From contig CP154954.1 of the NCBI GenBank assembly GCA_039621445.1, forward strand, positions 35,635,703-35,699,702: a stretch of 64,000 bases of DNA, in the 5' to 3' direction. Origin of the DNA: Euglena gracilis (taxonomy: Eukaryota). The notes below the pieces were generated by a model. It made no database searches, was not told where the DNA came from, and saw nothing but the letters and a program-made list of their open reading frames with translations. Below are positions 39,151 through 53,800 of this stretch, piece by piece; position 1 is the first letter of the stretch; each line of letters begins with the position of its first letter. The position numbers were made by a program, and so were the translations under genes.

Positions 39151-42100
39151 ATTGCATGCACTTCCTCCCAAACAGCATTGGAGTTGTGAGAGGAGACAGA
39201 ATGAAGGGCTGAAAGACAAAGGACGGAGGCAGCAAATCCTTGTATCACTGCTGCGTGAGGGATTCAGCAAGCCCCATGGCTGAAAGAAAGGATCAGAGGC
39301 CAAATACCCAAAACAGACCAGGTCCTCGGCCTTTTTTTTAAAAAAAAAACCCTGTCCCAGCACATTTAGAGTTGTTCTGGGGGAGGGAATTGGACCTCGT
39401 TCGATTGCCAGGTTGCTGACCACGTCCACAGGCCTAGGGTGGTCGGGTGTGGAGGCATCCTGTCCCTTGTGGATGGGCATCTGAAATAGATTGGGCATCA
39501 ACAGGTTATTCAGACAGAGTAACGAAGTGTGGTGGAAGAAACACATCCCAAAACCGTGTTGTAAGAACACGGAAAACTCTGGCAGGATCGAACCCCCCTA
39601 AATATAGCGAAGGTGTTCATCTGGTTTTAAGTTGGTGGAAAATCAGTTGCAAAAACTGGGGTCATCAACATGGTCGATATCAGAGGGGCCACATCCAGGT
39701 AATGACGGGGGAGGAGGGGGCATACAACCCTGGGGTTACTTCCATTTTTCCAAAACTGGTCAGTCATTTTTTGGAGAACCAGTCATTTGTTCCTGGGGGG
39801 TCGGCACGCCGTGGCGAGCCGTCTGGCTAGGGGGGGGGGGGGGGGGGTTTTGGGGGGGGGGGGGGGGGCCGGGGGGGGGGGGGGAGGGGGGGCGCGGGGG
39901 TTTTCCAAGAAAATTTTCTTTGGCGCGGCTGACATGGCGTGGCGAGGGGGTCTGAAAAGGGGGGGGAGGGGGGGTAAAATGGCGTGGCGAGGGGGTCGGT
40001 GAGGGGGGGGGGGGGAGGGGTGTGCCGAACCCCCCCCCCCCCTCGTCAGTCAACACCAAGGAGGCTGGTGGCTGACTGGTTTCAAGAAAACCAAAGTGGC
40101 TTATTTTTAAGACCCCCAGGGGGCCCCCTCCCACCCCCCCAGGGTGGCGCGGGGGCCCCCCCCCCCAAAATCGGGCCGTTAAAGGCAATTGTCAAAAAGT
40201 TTCGGCGCTACGCGACAAAAAGGTATACCCGGCGCCTCCGGCGCGGGACCCCGGGGATCTGGCCCCGGCCCGCCCCCCCCCCCCGGAGCCTTCTGACATA
40301 AAAAGAAGCCTGGACGGAGGCCTCAGGCAGTGTGGAGTTATGTGTCTTTGACTAGGAAAAAGACAAAAAGACCATTTCGACAAGGAATAAAACGTCAAAA
40401 ATGTCGGAACGCTGTCGGAAAACTGTTGGAAACCCAAAGTAGGATCTGTTTGCCCTCGCGCTCACGGCGTGTCCTTTTCTGCCCTCTGCCCTGTCACTCA
40501 GGTGCCCCATGCCTGGCGGTCGGCGGCTGGACACAGTATGGAACTATTATACACAAAGTATGGACCCTACGGGATTTGACCGAATGGGGTGCTATCCCTG
40601 CCTTGTCCTCTGGCGATTCCAAACCTTCATGGCGTGGGGAGGCGTGAGGTCCTGGGTTAGTGGCGGGCTCATCTGCTGTGAGCAGGCCAGGGGATGGCTG
40701 CGCCCGGTGCGTGGGAAGGTGGACCTCGGCAGCGGGCTGACCATGGTGCAGCTGGAGGAGCAAGGGCTGGACGAGGTCATTGTGGAGTTTTGACCTCCTC
40801 CCAATGGTGCTGCACCACTCCGCGCCGCTTGGACACCACGTGCTAGCCCTTTGACCCCACTGTGGTCTTGCTACGGGTCGCCAGTCTATTTTTGGTTCCA
40901 CAACCTTCTATGATAGTTTAATACAGTGACACAAGGGACTGCATCCCTTCCCGCCCCCAATGAGACCATCATGCACACTCGTGTTGAGCTGTTTTGGTGT
41001 TGCTCTCTAGAGGTTATTTCGCAGAGAAATGTCGCATGAAACGGCCTGTTACAAAATAAACACCCCTCCCAAATAATGCCCCGGTTTATTATTTGGTCAT
41101 TTGAAGTCTGAGGCCAAGGGGAATTTATCGAGTTCAAACACTAGCCAAGAAAGTCTTTATCAATCTTTTGATTTTTTTTTCACCACAACGATGCTACGTT
41201 TGATGTCAGTTTTGCATGAAGTCTCAGATATATCTGGCTATTTTTTTCGACCCTATTTTATTTTTATTTGTGAGAGTGTTGAAGGGGGTAATGACGTTTG
41301 GGCAGCCAAAGTCGGTCCCTCAGTTTTGTTTTTGGAGGGGGGTTACTGACCCCAAATACAGGGGGGGGGGGGAATGCGCTGCGCATTTTTGCGCATTTTT
41401 GTCAATTTTTCAAAAAATGCGCATTTTTTGCGCATTTTTTTTTCCATTTTCCCACTTTTTTTTGCACTTTTTTGGAGGCATCCATGTTGTCCACATTGTC
41501 CATATGTCAAAAACAAATTTGACATTGAACACCGTTGTTCTGAACAATTCTACGTTGTCATGCATCTCTCTTTCCACCAATAATCAAATTCTCCATTCTT
41601 CCCTCAGATTTTTTCACAAAATGGCTTCCAGTTCAAGGGCTGATCATCCAAGCTTTTGTTCAATGGAAATTTTATTCTTGGACAAAAGCTTTCTGCCAAG
41701 AAGCTGAGCAGATGGAGCAGGATGAAATGCGCGGGAATCCTACTCCCCTGGTCACAAGTAAGGGGCACCATGGCTGACATTGTTGGTTGTGGTGAACGGA
41801 CAGTGACGCCTTGCTCGTGCATTTTTTTTGGCCAAAATGCCTTCATTTCAGCTCTTTTTGGTGATTTTGGTTTAATTTTGGGCTTATCGTTGGAAATTTT
41901 TATCAGTCCTTTTTCCCTTAGGAATGTCACAACTCAGCGCATTTTTTGCGCATTTTTTTGCGCATTTTTGCGCATTTTTTTCCGAGGGCCGTACAGCGCA
42001 TCCCCCCCCCCCTCCCGCCAAATATGGAACTGCTGATTCTGTATTTGAGGGGAACTTTGGGCCACTCAGGGGGTTCTATTCTTGGTGGGGGCCGGGGTTT

Positions 42101-42493
42101 TTTTCCCCCACCGGGGGCCCCGCCCCCCCCCCCCCCCCCCGGAGGGCTGGGTCCCCGCTCCCAGCAGGTTGCAGACCCCCCTTCCTTTGATCCGATGAAA
42201 TGTAGTTGGGTCCAGCACGGCGAAGCCAGGCTGAACCAAAAAAAAATCGGCGCCAAATTTTTTGGAAAATGCCAACCCACACCGGGGTCTTTAAGAAAGC
42301 CCCTGGTGTGGGGGGGTTCTATAATTGGTCTGAAATTTCATCAATCTACAGATCACCGTGACTCAATACAAGGCAGCTGGTGGCGCCGGCCGTGTTTGTG
42401 GGTCAAAACAAGGTTGATGAACGCCATCCCCTATTGAATAGCGACGTATAAAAAGATGGTTCCCATGACTTATTTCTTGAAGATATTGTTATT

Positions 42494-42547
42494 GGTGGTG
42501 GTGGTGGTGGTGGTGGTGGTGGTGGTGGTGGTGGTGGTGGTGGTGGT

Positions 42548-42579
<32 letters not shown>

Positions 42580-42790
42580 TGGTGGTGGTGGTGGTGGTGG
42601 TGGTGGTGGTGGTGGTGGTGGTGGTGGTGGTGGTGGTGGTGGTGGTGGTGGTGGTGGTGGTGGGGGTGGTGGTGGTGGTGGTCAACTGCTCCGGTGGTGG
42701 GGGTGGTGGTGGTGGTGGTGGTGGTGGGGGTGGTGGTGGTGGTGGTGGGTGGTGGTGGTGGTGGTGGTGGTGGTGGTGGTGGTGGTGGTG
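42494..42790. repeat. (GGT)n/(GGC)n trinucleotide array
   Basis: Direct observation. Confidence 0.97.
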
Positions 42791-45700
42791 GAATTATAAC
42801 TCAAGCCACTGAAAAAAAAATTGTTCAAGAATGGGCTCAAAATGTCATTTACGGCGAAATGTGGTGGGCTGTCCCCCACACCCATTGACCGGGTTCAAGC
42901 AACCAGGTGACAAAAGTACCCAATTTCCCAAAAAATTATGTCACCTGCAACCCCTGATGGGATCATATTTACTACCCCTTTTCTTAAACCTCTGACCAGG
43001 GTGGTTCATCATCCAGAGATGGTCGGTGAGGGAGGGGATCAGGATCAGGTTGCATTTCATCCCATCCACGCCAGGGGTCTTTGTGCCTCCCACGATGGCG
43101 GACTCCCCAGTGTTGGCCATGCTGCAGGCGCTAATCGACAGTCGGGCGGCGCAGTGGAGGTTCCCAGGTGTGATACCTGGCCTCAGGGACACCAAACCTG
43201 GCGGGGGGGGGAGGTTATATCAAGGGAGTTTAACCTCCGAGGCAGCGGTTTGAAATGGTTTTAAGGTGGGTGGTGCAGAACCGAAAGAGGACGTTGCAAG
43301 GCAAGCTTTCTGTTGTAGGCTAACCTCTTCCCCCGAATCCGAATACGCCTCACCATGACTTGCCGAAGGTACTTTACCCTTCCTCAAATGGCCAGAAAAT
43401 CATATAAGAACCCTGCCTTTGAAACCCCTTGAATCCTTCATCGATGCTTGTGGCCAGCCACAACGATAAACGGCGAAATATAAACGAGGCATTGAAAAAA
43501 AAATTGAATTGCACGTGACCCCCCAAAAGAGAGTATCCCCCGGGGTATAATTCTTTTTATTTTTTTTGCCTGAAGTCCAGGGCAGTGGGGGTTAATATTT
43601 GGGGGGGTTATTAGCCCAGAATTTTTTTGGGGAATTTGGGCAAAGTCCAAAAATAGCAAAAATTCTTATTCTGGCGCTGCGTGCCAGGAAAAACATTTAT
43701 AAAAAAAATGCCCTTTCCCCTCACTTTTGAGCATATTGCACATTTTATGATGTTTGGTTGTTTTCCACATGAAAAATTTTCTCATTGACCATCTCTTCAA
43801 ATCCAAAATTGTATGCATGAAGGTCGCATCAAGTCCAAAAAAAATCACCTCTGTTGGTGTTGTCCAGGGGGAGGGTGAAGCTCGGATCCCAAAGTCGGAC
43901 TCCAAGGGGGGGGATATTTGTACATATATGTATGTGCGTATGTATATATACACATATACATGTATACATATATATAATTATACATATATATATATGTGTA
44001 CATGTGTGTGTGTGTGTGTTTGTGTCTATGTTTGATGATTGTCCACAGTTGAACCCAACTTCTAACAACCCATCTCAATGTGTCCCATGCATGCATAGGA
44101 TTGACAATGAAAAGTGTCTGGTCTGACGAACTCGCAAGACGCACACAACAAATATGCCGCATATTTGTCCATGATGAGGTTCAACATTGCACGTCAAAAT
44201 ATTCCAAAAAAAAGTGATAACAATTCAGATTTTTTCTGATATTGGGTTTAAAAAAAACCGAAATTGCTTTTGTTGTTTGTGGAGCCACTGCCAGCTACAG
44301 GGATTTGGGGGGAGGGTGCATGTGAAAAAAATGGATGATTATTGTTTGCTGCATTTTTTTTTTGATTTGCTTATCGATTCTTGAATGGATGCACACAGAA
44401 GGACGCACACACACACACATGTGCCCACATGCACACACGCTGGCACATGGCCCACATGCGCGCACACAAACGTCAGAATGGGATCTCAGTTGAAAAGAAA
44501 ACCCAACAGGAGGAGATTGGTGTAAGGCCAGGGGGAGAGGAAGCAGAGAAACCCTTACCACAACCAAGGAGTGGACAGTCTGTCATAGCCACTAGAGAAG
44601 GAGGTCTTCTTCGGTTTGGAAAGGTTTTGGGACACGGTGACTGTGGGGGCATGCCATCATCTGCAGAGTCTAAAAATCAAAAATTTTTAATCTGTGCTCT
44701 TTGTGAAAAACAACGAGTGGGGAGCTTTCGTATCACAAACAGTTCAAAAACCTGGACCCCAACAATTTTTGGCCCAAAGTTTCCGGCAGAAAATTGTTGA
44801 CGCCCAAAATTCGCCAAAATACCATTTGGGCATTTTTTTTTCTTCAAATTGCCAAATTTTCGACACAAGGCACCAGAAGAAAAATTTTGACCTCTTTGGC
44901 CGGCGCCCTTGGTTACCCTCCAACTTTGGACCTCCTTGTCTAACCACTGACCCCCCCCGGTTGGAGCCCCCCCCCCCCGGTTGGAGGATGCCTTTGGACC
45001 TCTTTGTTGTTGGAGGACACCTTTTTGGTCAGAACCCTACGTCCAACACCCACCAGTCATTGGACACAGGGAGTGGTTATAAAATTGTCAAAAATAATTG
45101 AAAATGGTTCTTTCTTGAGGTACACCTGACAACTTAAGAACCAAACCCAACATTTTAGAAAATTCCAAAATCATGCAAACTGAGGCTTTTTTGATGGGTA
45201 CCCCAGGCCCCCCCCCCCCTCGATCCCTCAACGACCTGGGTGTGTAGAGGGACCACCCGGGGTCAGCCCCCCTCAAAGTGAGAACACCTGTATAAAGAGT
45301 GGTGCTGTGCAAGCCGAGCGTGCCAGCAAAAGCGAATCTACCCACCGGGGAAAAGGGGGGATGGAACTCCCCTCCCACCTGCCCCTGGGTAGGTGGTGAA
45401 ATCTGTGGATGATCACCATGACCCTGGACCCGATCCCGGATTTTTCAGTTGCCAGTGACTGGATCCCAGCTTTCTGAATCACCTCCATTCGACCCCAACT
45501 CCCCACCAGTTCCGAGTCATCCAGCCGACAAGCGGTCCAAACTGGCCCCTCCCAGTTTCACTGAGGTGAGGTTTTCGGTCAAAAAAAAACACAATTTTTA
45601 AAAAAATCTTGAGAAAATGTGCATTATTTTGAAAATTTCTGCCAGATCAAATTTGCCCCTGGAGAACTCTCTCAATCAGCCAAACTCGCATTTAAAAAGT

Positions 45701-46946
45701 TTTTCTTTGTGGGTGTTTGTATTTGCATTGCTGGAATGATTTGGGGAAGGTGGGACTCAGCCTGAACAACATCCTGAACTTTGATTTTGTGAAACATTGG
45801 TGGTCGGTGTGTGCATTTGCGCAAATGGTCGGGGTGTGCAAATGCGCACACAGACCAGTTGTCAACTGTTAAAGGGGCCATATGTACAAGCTGAAAGTGA
45901 TTTGTTTGGGAAATTGTATTGGTGGTTGTCTTGTGCAAATGCGCAACTGGCCTGTCTGGTCGGTTTGCGTATCTGCACGCACCAACCACAAAGTGCAACA
46001 CCACACACGTGTCTTTTAGAGGGCACGGCATTGATTCCGTTTGACAGCCTTTAATGCCAGATATTTGGAGATTTAAATACAATTACCCCCACCCCCCCCT
46101 ATGTCCAACGACCCCCCTATGTCCAATGACCCCCCCCCCCCCCCCGGTCAGAGGACACCTTTTCGGAGATTTGAACAAATTTTTGGTTCTGTCGTGAAGC
46201 GCCGGGAAGAAAAATAATAAAAAAAAATTGGCCAAAAATTTGGCCAAAATGCCATTTTTGACACTTTTTGGACAAAAATTTGTCAAAATTGCCCAAAATT
46301 TTTGGCGCGAAGCGCCGGAAGGGAAATTTTGGGCATTTTTGGGTGGGTAGGGACCCGGGTACCCACCAACTTTTCTTTGACCCCATGTCCAACGACCACC
46401 CCCCCGGTCATAGGACCCTTTTTGGTCACTATAACCCTAATGTCCAACTACCACCCCCCCCGTCAGGGACGAGGTTACCGGTCATTGGACATAGGGGGGT
46501 GGGGTTTAAATACCAGCCTTCTGAGCCCAAATTTCGGTATCGTCAATTGAACCTGTGAAAAACCATTTTGACCCTTAAACCATCAAAATTAACAGCATCT
46601 TGTGGTATGATTTTTCCACTTCTTTTGTAGTCAACTTCAAAAAACCTCCACAACGCGCCGCAGGGCTTCAAACAGCAAGCAAAGCCCCCCCTCCAGAACA
46701 CCATCTGGCGCTGGAAGTTGTCACACAGGGAAAGAGTGGTGAATACTGGGGTTTTCGTGCGTCTTTTTCGGTAAATTTATCACTTCAGGGTGGGGCAGTC
46801 CCGGGGGTTTCATAACTCAGCGACATGTCAAATTTCCGTAATCTACACAATTCCCCAGGAGTTACCACTGCAAAGTTGTGAAAATCAACAAATGGAGGGT
46901 TGGTGTGTCAGAAGCAGTTCAAAGATTTGGCCCCCAATCATCCAGG

Positions 46947-46970
46947 TTAGGGTTAGGGTTAGGGTTAGGG
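46947..46970 (+). repeat. Interstitial telomeric (TTAGGG)4
   Basis: Four perfect copies. Confidence 0.9.
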
Positions 46971-47860
46971 TCTACACAATAGCTGGTTTATATATATAAA
47001 AAAGCAACAATTAAATTTAGTTCAACGATTCATGACAAAGGCAACACCAAATTTGTTTATCAAATTACTGAGATTTATTGAGATTTACTGAGGGGATGGC
47101 TGTTTACAAAGTGAGAGGTGACACCAGGGGGAATGGTGCAAATTTGGTGTTTGACCCCAAACACGTCGCCGGGTTGAAACTCCCAGGAGTTTCAGGTGGT
47201 GTTCTGGAGGTGGGATGATATAGGTCCACCCCTTTGCTTGCTCTGCGACACGTTGTGCAGGTTTTGAATTTGGTTCCTAAAGGAGCTGTTAGAGAATTGT
47301 GCCACTGATGGTTGATGGTGGGAATACAGAATGCAGGAGGATTGCCGCCGGTTACCTGAAGAGTTCAGTGGCAAGTTGTCCAGCACTGATGTTCAAGGCT
47401 TGATAACACAACAAAAATGACTTTGGTGTTGCGCAACTGCAACAATACTCGTACACAGAAAAATGTGCACATTTGCACACACCTACCATTTTAAAGCAAA
47501 CCACATCCTCCTACGTCAGCATGTTTGGAGCTGGAAAATGAACGAAATTGTGGTCTTCCCTTCTTTGCATTGTTATGGTGCTGGACTGCCCCACAAACAT
47601 TGCTGGTGTTTTGGGGAGGTTGGTATGTTCAATTGCGCACGACAACCATTCTGATGGTTGGTGTGCGCAATTGCGCACGTCGACCAACTTTCTCAGACAT
47701 ACTGCACAACACCTCCACTTTGTGGATGCTCAGTTTCCACTCTTCTCTTGTCTCAGAATCCCCATTATTAATCTTTCTAGTAACTTCCCATGTTGATGAG
47801 ACAGCAATTGGAAGGTCCCCAACACCCATGCTGGGTGTTTTGCACTCCATATGCTCTCAG

Positions 47861-50800
47861 GCAAAGTCTGCTTCCGTCTCTGCGTCCCTCACATCACATC
47901 ACATCACATACATCTGATTCATTGTTTGGGTTTTAGGAGTTAGGTTTTGTCAGCTTCATTAAGAACACAATAGGTGTGTGGATTTTTGCACACTGAAAAA
48001 GGAAAAAAATCCTCAAGTGTAAGATTCACTGCCTGGGATGGTGTGGTGCTCGCAAAAAATGATACACTTTCCAGGGGGTGACCCATCTGGCAGGCGGGAA
48101 GGTGGGGCCGGCGGGCGCTAAAATCATCGCCGAGGCCCTGAGCCAGGCCCCTACTACTGTGTGGGAGCTGCTCCTGGACGGTGTGCCCAGGCTTTTCTCT
48201 GCGAACCGATCCTCCGAAAAAGACCCTCGCGATTAAGTTAACGTCATCGTTGCCCATGCCAACTCCAGCAGTATTCACAACTAGGAAAAGTTGACGAAGT
48301 CTGGGGGGGAGGCTGTCTCTTGAGGTGCCCCCCCCCCTCTCTCTGTTCCGTCATGGCCAAATGCACAGGCAAGAGGGGGAAGCAGGGACCCCCCTCCACA
48401 CAGGTGGGGGATCCAGCCAACCAGCCAGCTGTCAGCCCAGAATGAACCCGGGATTTGATTTGGCGCGATCCACTTGGGGAGTGCCATGCCAACATGCGCC
48501 ACATGGGCGGCATGGAAATGGCAGAAGAACCCCCCCCCCCTCCCCATTCACATCCCCCCACTTGGGCTGCTGATCAACCAAACCTTGATTTATACCCTAG
48601 GAAGGAAAATGACAGACGCCAGGGGCGTTTTTTTCTCGGCCGGAAAACCTCCCAAAGCTTTTTTATCAATTTTTATGTGGTCGACCATCGTCAAAAATGC
48701 TATTTTGACAAATTTTGGCAGAAACTGACAATTTTGGGGGATGAATTGGGGCCTTGAAATCCTGCCCAAATAATAAATAGGGGAGGTGAAATTTGGCGGG
48801 GGGGGTATTTTCGTGTCGTGCGAAAATGTCGAAATTGGACAGTAATGTGTCGAAAATTGATTGCTCTGATTTGCTGATGTGCAGTGGTTTTTTGTGTTTG
48901 GGTCAATTTTTACCGGGTCCAGCTGGCGCCCAAGGTTTTGCTGGGAACCGGGGGGGGAGAGGAGAGTGATTTTTGGCAGGAGTGGGATGCAGGGAAGAGG
49001 GAGTGAGGAAGAGAGGTAAGGTGGAAGTGTGGGACGGGGGAACAGGGAGGGGGAGGGGGGGGGCGAGAGGGTATGCGGGAGGGGGCATGAGGAACGAGAA
49101 GAACCCCCCTCACCCTCACCCTGGAAGGGAGTCAGCCAGCAGTCAGCTGTTTCCCAGTCCGCCCAAGTTTTCCAGCCTCTGAGCCCTCCCCCTCCATGGG
49201 GTCGACAGACAACGCCTCGAGGGGCTGTGTTTTAATGGGAAGGCGCTTTCTCAGGTTGTTTTCCAATAGAGCCCAACGCTGGCCTGAGTCGCCCCAGGCA
49301 TCCTAGCAGAGTGGGGGCCAGTGTCATTGCGCTCTTGCCACCCCCCTCCCGTTCTTGCCACCCCAATGCCAACCGGCGTCCCGCCCACCCCCCTGCCAAC
49401 CGGGCGTCGGTCTTTTAGGGTGCGACGTTGGGACCGAGGGAGCGCGGGCCATTGCCAACGTCCTGGGCACGAACACAACCCTGGAGGGCCTTGATGTCAG
49501 CCGTATGTGTCGTGTGGACTTCGCTGGGGGGGGGGGTTCTTTGGCATTCAGCTTTCGGAGAGTCTTGAGGCGAACATGCCAAATTTAGCTTTGAAAATGG
49601 TGAAAGTTGCTTTTTGGATTGAGGAATTTTTTTGTTATTTCTTCCAGCTGCGTGGTCTTGGAACCCACAGTTCGGTTCCTGCAGCAAGTTTCCGAGGACC
49701 AACAAATGGTGCATTTTCTCCAGGATCATCACCACCAACCATACCAACCACTCTAAACCCCAGCCTTGTCCAAATCTTTATCCATCCTTTTGAATGTCAC
49801 CTTTCCGGGACCTTTTCTTTGTGTGCATTGTCAATTTTTGCCAGTCCATAGCTTTGAAGTCAAACCTCAAACCCAAATGAAAGTTTTGTTTGCTTTTTTT
49901 TCAGGTTGCCGAATGCATTTCCAGTTAGGTTTCACTGCCCTCCCTCCCCATTTCCTCGCCATGCTGCACAGGGAACAGCATTGGGGACAAAGGGGCTCGT
50001 GCCACAGCACAAGCATTGGAGATAAATCGCACTGTCCTGTGGGTCAACGTCGGACGTTTGTCCCAACCCTGGCCCAGTGGAATGGGGTGTTTGGACCGGT
50101 CGTCGGGGGGGGGGGGTCGTTTCCAACAAATACGACGACACCATTCAAGGATTCTGAAAACTGATTGATTAATCCCTCTATTTCAAACTGCAATTTTTTT
50201 TTCAAACTGTTTTTCCCTCTATTTCAAACTGCAATTTTTTTCAAAAGATTTTTTGGCATCCAAGTGTACGTTGGACCTCTGGGGGCATGCAAATCTCCAG
50301 GCCGGCAACCGAATGCTCCCTTTGTCACAGGCAACGGCATCACCGCGCGCCGGAGTGTGTGCGTTGTGTCGTGCGGTGGAGGGGAACTCGGCCCTGCGTC
50401 GCCTCTGCCTGCAGCGTATGCCAGCCTGACCTCCCCCCCCCCCCCCCGCCAATGGCATGGCAGTTGGGTTTCAGTGTCGGCGTTGCGGACCGACTGTTTG
50501 CGGCAACCCAGGGAACCGCATCGGGGAGGACGGAGCGAGGATGCTGGCCGCCGCCCTGTTGGCGAATTCCACGCTACAGCACGCCAATGCTCACAATGTG
50601 CGCCATGCTTTCTGAAATTTGTGAAATTTGTGGAATTTGTGGAATTTTCTTCTAACCGGAAAACTGCACAATGCATTTTTTCCCCCACAATGTGACGTTG
50701 GAAGGTCCACCCAATGATTGTCGCACAAAGTTACAACCGGGATTGTACTGTATTATTGTGCAAGACCAAATAAAGGCAATAAACACCGAGTTCCGCAATA

Positions 50801-53800
50801 AACCCAATGAAGGAAAGTGGCAGACAAAAATTTTAAGGACTCCCAGGTACAGCTGGCCGGCTGGAAACAGATGCTGGCTGTACCCCCCTTGGGGGGAGGG
50901 ACGCTATCGATGGACCGGCAAGCCGGGGGATTTGGAACTTTTTTGTCAAGGCATTTCATTTTCAAAATGGGCTTTGCCCCAGGCAATGAAATTGGGGCTG
51001 GTGGAGCCCAAGCCATTGCGAAGGTGATGGGGGCAAACTCGTCAGTGGAGTACATCGACCTGCACAGTATGTGTTGTATGCACAGTGTGCACAGTATGCG
51101 CCGACATTTCTTTCCCCACTGGCTCACCCACCTGGACCCTACGATTGTTTTGGGCGAGCCCAATGAAGGAAAAATCTGCGAAGGGGGAAGGCGAGCCTTC
51201 CCCCAAACCAGATTTTTCTTTGGTTGTTTTGACAAATTTATGTCGGTGTTTGTTTTAAATTTTTGTCAGCTTTTCAATGTTGTTCAATAATTCAGTTTAT
51301 TTATGATCCGCAAACTCAATACACACTGCTCTTTTTAATCATGCTTTAAATTTTCAAGAAAAATGCATCCAAAATGCCCGAAATGGAGTACAGTCTTGGG
51401 TCCTGTCCGCACGGTTTGAGTTTTTTTTTTAAAAAAACGGAAACGTCCTGGTGACATCCTGCCCATTGTACATGCTGTAGGATTCGGAGAGACAATAATA
51501 TGGAGGCTGCTTCGATGAATGCTGCTACATTTTTTAACCCCCCCCCAAAATAGAACCTCGGGTTTACTTTTTGGGTCCATTTCTGGAAATCCCAGGGGGC
51601 GTTCTTTGTTTGGGAGGCCTTTTTTGGGTTTTTGCTGAAAATTTTGACCAAAAAATATTTTCCTGCAGGAAGGTCCAAAAGGGGCGATTGTCGACAACGA
51701 GAAAAAAAAAAGGCTCAAAAAAATGCCAATTATGACACACACAACATGGGCAAAAATTGAAAAATGTCAAAAATAACCCATTTTGGGGGAAATTTCCCTT
51801 GTATTTCCCCCAAAAATCCCGAGGGGGGGGTCTTATTTTGGGGGGTTTGGATTTTTGCTGAAAATCGGCAGGGGGTATTTGGGTGGGGGGGGGTTTTGGT
51901 CTTGCATCATTTTTTGTGCTTTTCTTGAGGAAAAAAGAAGACATAAAAATTAAGCAACGCAAATGAGCTCTTTTTTCCAGACCACTTTTCCGGCCGGCGC
52001 TCTTGCAGACAACAGCATCGGTGATGACGGGGCGCAGGCTGTGGCGAAGGCGTTGAAGCAGAATGCTGCCGCAACGTACGTCAATTTGGAGCGTATGTTC
52101 CCCCATGCCACTGATTGCTGCACCAAGCCTGCTGCTTTGGCGCTGGTCGTGGTATTCACGGCATTGGAAGCTGGAGCATGCAAGCACGCAGGCAACAATT
52201 ATCGAACCCTCAAACAGTTCTTTGCAACTTGAACCAGGGTTCGGGATCAAGGAGGGAGGTGCCCCCTGGATAGTCTGGATTGTCCGGGGGGTGCCTGGGA
52301 CCCAAAATGGATTTTTTCTTTCCAGCACTTGGCACCGAAATGGATTTTTTAGTGGATTCTTGTAGGCAAAATTTTTCTGCCCGTCGCTTTGTGGTGGGCC
52401 TGAAATTGTGTCCCCTTAACGAGAGTGGGGGTACGACCCACTCCTCCCACCTGCCTGAATAAAACCTTTGGCAGTTTCTGTCCATTCGAAATCCACCCCA
52501 ATCCTCCCGCTTGAAAACCCTCCCCCAAATATAAACCCCACCCGGTTTTTCAAGATCCTCACGGGGGGGCTTTATAGTTGGGGGGGTTTATTTGTGGGGT
52601 TTTTAATATATTGGGGGGAACCCAAACTTCTGGCGACTTTCTGTCCTTATCTATTTTGTCCCTTGTGGCCCTTTTGTGTTGCTTCCAATGGAGGAATACG
52701 TCTCCGGAGACTCCCTTGATGTCTCTATTTTTTTCGTTTCGAGTGCCGAGACCACTTAATCGGGTTTTACTTGAGTTGGGTGCCGCCCCCCCCCGGGGGG
52801 GGGGGGGATGCCTGCCTGGGCAGGCCCTCCAAGGCACTCCCAATCCGCCCCCCCGGGGGGGGGGGGTAGGGCACACGGCCAAACGTGCCCTAGACAACCC
52901 CGGTGCCGAAGGCGCCAGGAAGCCAAAAAGAGCCTATTTTCAAAGGAATGTGCCTGGGCACAGGCCGAAATCCGACCTCCCTCCCGGGGGGGGGGGGTAG
53001 TGCCTGCCTGGGCAGGCACTCTGGACCCCCCTCCCCCCCCCCAGGGTTGGTAAAAACAGCCTGCACTGAATCATCAACATCCAAGCAGTCAGGAGCTGAT
53101 GAATCCGAGGAGTCAGGAGGTGATGAATCCGAAGCTGATATTTTACATTTTGGGGGGTTTTTATATTTGGTCGCCAAATCAAACGCCCCTGGGGGTTTTT
53201 TAGATTTGGGGGGGGTTGTATTGGTGGGGTTATATTTTTTTGGGGGCGGTTACTCTTTGAAAAGCCTTTTTTCGGTGATTAACACTTTATTAAAGGTTCA
53301 GGAGGGGGGGGGGGGGGGTCGACACCATGACGCTGCCCAAGGAACATTATTTCAGCACTGAAGGAAAATTGTTACCTTAAAATCGACGCGCCTGGAAATA
53401 AGGGAAGGGGCGGTGGCCCACCAGCCCTGGATGCATCTCTGTGGTCATGGGACAAAACTCTGGACACTTGTATGAATCGATGAAGTGATCCCCCAAATGG
53501 GCCTTCCTGTACAGCCTTGGATGCATCAACTCTCAATCATTTGCAATCCTGCTGGCACATTTTGGTGTTTGGTTCCCAGCAAAAAAGAAGCAGTGGTGAA
53601 CATTGGTTAACTGCATTTTCCATCTTCCATTGCATGACTCCTTTCCATGATTCCGTTCCTTTTTCGTTCCGTTCCGTCCCTTCCGTTCGTTTTTGTGTCT
53701 GCAGGGAATGGGATTGGGGACAACGGTGCCCGCTATCTGGCCAATGCTCTGCAAGAGAACTTCACGCTCCGGGAGTTGAAACTGGACAGTGTGCCCCAAG

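Noticed and set aside
43075-47400. Possible 5' exons of the LRR gene (~43075-43160, ~44510-44610, ~47196-47260, ~47330-47400)
   Set aside because: Plausible AG/GT sites, but I could not chain the phases consistently and there is no domain support.
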